A program made the translations under genes and the position numbers. This document shows, one piece after another, positions 38,145-41,073 of a DNA stretch of 41,073 nucleotides (within the stretch, counting starts at the first letter, position 1; each line of letters opens with the position of its first letter). Source of the DNA: a virus (taxonomy: Duplodnaviria > Heunggongvirae > Uroviricota > Caudoviricetes); IMG/VR virus record IMGVR_UViG_2537561979_000009, positions 1 to 41,073 of that record; one strand, written 5' to 3'. The notes under the pieces are model-generated. The model was not told the origin of the DNA. It saw only the letters and a program-made list of their open reading frames with translations, and searched no databases.

Positions 38145-38338
38145 TGAACAACTTAATGACAACAAAACAAGTCGCCGAATTCTGTGGCGTTTCAGTATCG
38201 ACGGTGCTTCGCTGGAACAGCGTAAACAGGAGAACTGGCCAGAAATACAGGCCTGATTTTCCAGATCCTGATATCAAATCCTGCCCAAATAAATGGGCAT
38301 CACGCAAAATATACAGATTTGCTGGAGTTATTGAGTAA
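38144..38338 (+). CDS. xis: Excisionase (AlpA/Xis-type HTH)
   Basis: 64 aa, MTTKQVAEFCGVSVSTVLRW HTH; last gene of the early-left operon, near int. Confidence 0.65.
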   Translation: MNNLMTTKQVAEFCGVSVSTVLRWNSVNRRTGQKYRPDFPDPDIKSCPNKWASRKIYRFAGVIE

Positions 38339-38716
38339 TGAGAGTTAGCCAAGAGGTGAGATAGTATCCATCTATGGCACAGAACTAAACATAATCTGAC
38401 TATATGCTCTGTGCCAAAAACAGATGTTATATCATGTATTGTATGCTCATCCTGCAAAATATAAATTCCGCAGATACCCCTTACCTCTGAATATTAATCC
38501 ACAATGGATGCGACAAAAAAGATTTTGAGTTGGTATCAAGCGAAATATTAATAATTATAATACCCCATACACAATGCCATCTGAGTCATCATATCCTGGT
38601 CTCTATCAATATTTATCTTGCCATCAGAAAAATCCAACACAAAGAAATGATGAAATTTCGGCGGAACAACTTTAGAGTAAAAGCAGAAATACTCATTATT
38701 CCTTTCATATTGAAAA

Positions 38717-39679
38717 TTAACGTATATTTTTTAATTTTTTATTTTCCACCAGGTCCATAAACATTTTATTTAAATCTGACCTTTTACTTTCCTTGTCATC
38801 ATCTTGAAGCTTAGGATCAAAGTAACGTATTAAGCAGTTTTCAATAATTCTCCCCTCATTATCAACATCAATTTCATCCAGTAGAGAATTTGAAATATTA
38901 AAGACCACATTACATTTATTATTCAGCGATATAATCCTTGGATTAAATATACTAAAACAAACAAAAAAATCATTATCGTCATTTGAAACGCTATACAGCA
39001 TCTTTGATAAGCCACGGTGAATAAAATCAACAGGGCGCCGATGCGGATGACGTGTATATCCTACGTAATGCACTTCTGTATGAATTCCTAAATCAATATA
39101 ATGTCCGTTTACGAAGTCATGAACTGACATCACACATAAATTGCCATTTTCATATTCAATGTAGAGAAACTTCTCAGTTACTCTAACATTTGGAGTTACC
39201 TTCACTACCCCATTCTGCGTAAACGTGCAAAAGGAATATTTTATCCGAAGCTTTCGCTCTTCTTTGCCAATCAACAGAGTGAATACTATATTTTTTGTGA
39301 ATGGGTTATACCTAGGCTGTTTCTTGGTTGAAAACCTTACTTTTTTTCTTGAACCTAAGAAATAAATAAATCTCTTTTCACAGCTTTCCCTCGTATATTT
39401 TTCCATAATTCTGAGATAGTTCTTTATTATCTTATTTGTTCTTATATCATCAGGAGGATTAATTATCATATCATACCAAATACAATCGGTGTTAATGAGA
39501 TCAATCCACAATGACTTATCGGCTTCTGAGAAAACCACGTTAGAGTTTATAAAATCAAAGTTTCCGCGAGTCATAAAACACTTCATCACATTAAAAATCA
39601 CCTGCACATAATAAATTAAGTAGCAGAAGGTTCGCAAACCCTTGCTTCTGTTTGTGCTATGATATTTTTCATAATTCAT
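38717..39679 (-). CDS. Hypothetical protein, 320 aa, AT-rich moron between xis and int
   Basis: Markedly lower GC than the flanking phage DNA, rich in Asn/Lys/Ile/Phe; no recognisable motif. Confidence 0.6.
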   Translation of the reverse strand: MNYEKYHSTNRSKGLRTFCYLIYYVQVIFNVMKCFMTRGNFDFINSNVVFSEADKSLWIDLINTDCIWYDMIINPPDDIRTNKIIKNYLRIMEKYTRESCEKRFIYFLGSRKKVRFSTKKQPRYNPFTKNIVFTLLIGKEERKLRIKYSFCTFTQNGVVKVTPNVRVTEKFLYIEYENGNLCVMSVHDFVNGHYIDLGIHTEVHYVGYTRHPHRRPVDFIHRGLSKMLYSVSNDDNDFFVCFSIFNPRIISLNNKCNVVFNISNSLLDEIDVDNEGRIIENCLIRYFDPKLQDDDKESKRSDLNKMFMDLVENKKLKNIR

Positions 39680-39837
39680 TGATTGGCATCCCTACATCCT
39701 TAGTCCCACAGTAACCCAATAAACCATCAAACTCCTGCCGACACCCCAAATACTGAAGCTACCGGTTAACGTAGTCTGGCTAAAAACCCAGTACACAAGG
39801 TATCCGCAGCGGACTGGCAGATATGATTACGCTCTGG

Positions 39838-41073
39838 CTACGCAAACTGTCCGTTGGAGATTAAGTCAGTACAAGTAACGATCGATTCAACCCTCTCCCA
39901 CCATGCCCAGTAAGCTTTACGCTGTTCTTCTAGATAATCGCTCTTATCATAAACTTGCCATACACCTGGCAGTTTATGACCGAGCATTATTTCAGCAATA
40001 TGAGGAGCAGTAAGATCAGAAAAGTTTGTTCGTGCTGTTCGTCTCAAATCATGAAGAGACCAATGAGGAAATTGATACCCCAAACGTCGCCATGCGAACT
40101 GCATTAAATTGTAAGGCAGCGACTGCAATGATGTCCGACCAACTGGCTCCCTGCTTCCTTCCTTAGTAAAAAGCATATCGGAACCGTTGTTCATAGAGAT
40201 AACGTATTTTATAAGCTCTTCAACCGGTTCAATAATGGGCCGCTTTAGCGGTTCGCCTGTTATGTCCCCAGTCTTATGTCGTTCTGGTGGTACAGTCCAT
40301 ACCTTATTTATGAAATCAAAATCATCCACCCTAGCAGTAATTAGCTCTGAACTACGGCAACCAAAATGCAGCAATAGTTTAATGAAGGCTCGGTATTTAG
40401 GAACCATTCGAGAACCATCGATCGCAGCATAAAGGATGTTAATTTCATCATGTGTCAGAAACCGTTTTTTCTGACCTTTACGGATATCCATATCTTTACC
40501 CGTGATATCCGACAGTGGGCGAGTTTCAATGAGCTTTCTCTTATACGCCCAGACATGGGCCTGCTTTGCGTTAATTAGCAATCGGTCTACTATTGCTGGA
40601 GTCTTGGTGCTAAGAGGCTCCAGGACTTCTAACCAATCATGCAATGTAGCTGCATCGTGAGGGATATTCCCGATTTTAGAGAACAGGTGCAGCTCAAACG
40701 AGCGGAGTATCTGTTCAGAACCTTTTTTATTTTTTACACAATATGCTTCATACCAGGCACGGATCACAGACTCTACCGTCATGGCTTCAGTAGCTTTTCG
40801 TTTTTCAGCCTGCTTGACTAATCGTGGATTGCGGTTTGACTCGAGTTCACCACGGAGACGGATAACTTCTTCTCTGGCCTCTTTTAATCCAGTTGCCGGG
40901 TAAGTTCCGATATCAAGGCGCTCACCTTTCCCTGCCCATTGATAACGATATTGGAACACTACGCGACCTTTCGGTGATACTCTGACAGACAGACCATCAC
41001 GATCGGATTTAACCAAAACCTTATCACGTTCCTTTCCAACGACTGAACGCAACCACGCATCAGACAGCGCCAT
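39838..41073 (-). CDS. int: Tyrosine integrase, P4-type with DUF4102-like N-terminus
   Basis: 411 aa; N-terminal ...LSVRVSPKGRVVFQYRYQWAGK arm-binding-like region and C-terminal R...HDLRRT...LGH...Y catalytic motifs; ATG occupies the last three bases of the window. Confidence 0.85.
   Translation of the reverse strand: MALSDAWLRSVVGKERDKVLVKSDRDGLSVRVSPKGRVVFQYRYQWAGKGERLDIGTYPATGLKEAREEVIRLRGELESNRNPRLVKQAEKRKATEAMTVESVIRAWYEAYCVKNKKGSEQILRSFELHLFSKIGNIPHDAATLHDWLEVLEPLSTKTPAIVDRLLINAKQAHVWAYKRKLIETRPLSDITGKDMDIRKGQKKRFLTHDEINILYAAIDGSRMVPKYRAFIKLLLHFGCRSSELITARVDDFDFINKVWTVPPERHKTGDITGEPLKRPIIEPVEELIKYVISMNNGSDMLFTKEGSREPVGRTSLQSLPYNLMQFAWRRLGYQFPHWSLHDLRRTARTNFSDLTAPHIAEIMLGHKLPGVWQVYDKSDYLEEQRKAYWAWWERVESIVTCTDLISNGQFA

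Larger units (their letters stand above)
1..41073. mobile_element. Lambdoid prophage, near-complete; stf truncated by left window edge, int start codon at right window edge, att sites outside the window
   Basis: Lambda gene order and near-identical translations for J-I-K-L-M-H-G/T-V-U-Z-FII-FI-E-D-C-B-W-A-Nu1, a lambda-like cosN, lysis cassette, Q, replication and immunity modules, xis and int. Confidence 0.9.

Noticed and set aside
1-41073. Insertion sequences or transposase genes
   Set aside because: No transposase-like ORF or terminal inverted repeats recognised; the only recombinase is the phage integrase.

Overview
The window is almost entirely one lambdoid (lambda-like) prophage of an enterobacterial host, in reverse orientation, with all morphogenesis, lysis and early-right genes on the minus strand. 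From left to right: side tail fiber 5' part (runs off the left edge), Cor-like lipoprotein, two small coupled ORFs, J, I, K, L, M, H, G/T, V, U, Z, FII, FI, E, D, C/Nu3, B, W, A, Nu1, cos, a small plus-strand gene, Rz/Rz1, SAR endolysin, a two-gene insert, pinholin S, tR', a plus-strand porin moron, Q, a nin-like region (DUF968-like, KilA-N-like, RusA, LexA-DNA-binding-domain-like, phage Dam-like methyltransferase, PerC-like), an O-like replication initiator with five internal iterons, Rha, a CII-like ORF, cro, OR, cI (plus strand), terminator, OL, a long structured leader with no N-like ORF, early-left accessory genes (YfdP/Q/R/S-like, DUF551), xis, an AT-rich 320-aa moron, and the integrase, whose start codon is the last base of the window. 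The head and tail proteins are near-identical to phage lambda by eye; the early region is not lambda-like. The best candidates for an undescribed function are the unrecognised 268-aa/104-aa pair wedged inside the lysis cassette and the AT-rich 320-aa gene between xis and int. All homology statements come from reading the supplied translations against remembered protein families; no database search was run. Hand-derived coordinates (internal starts, hairpins, repeats) may be off by a base or two.
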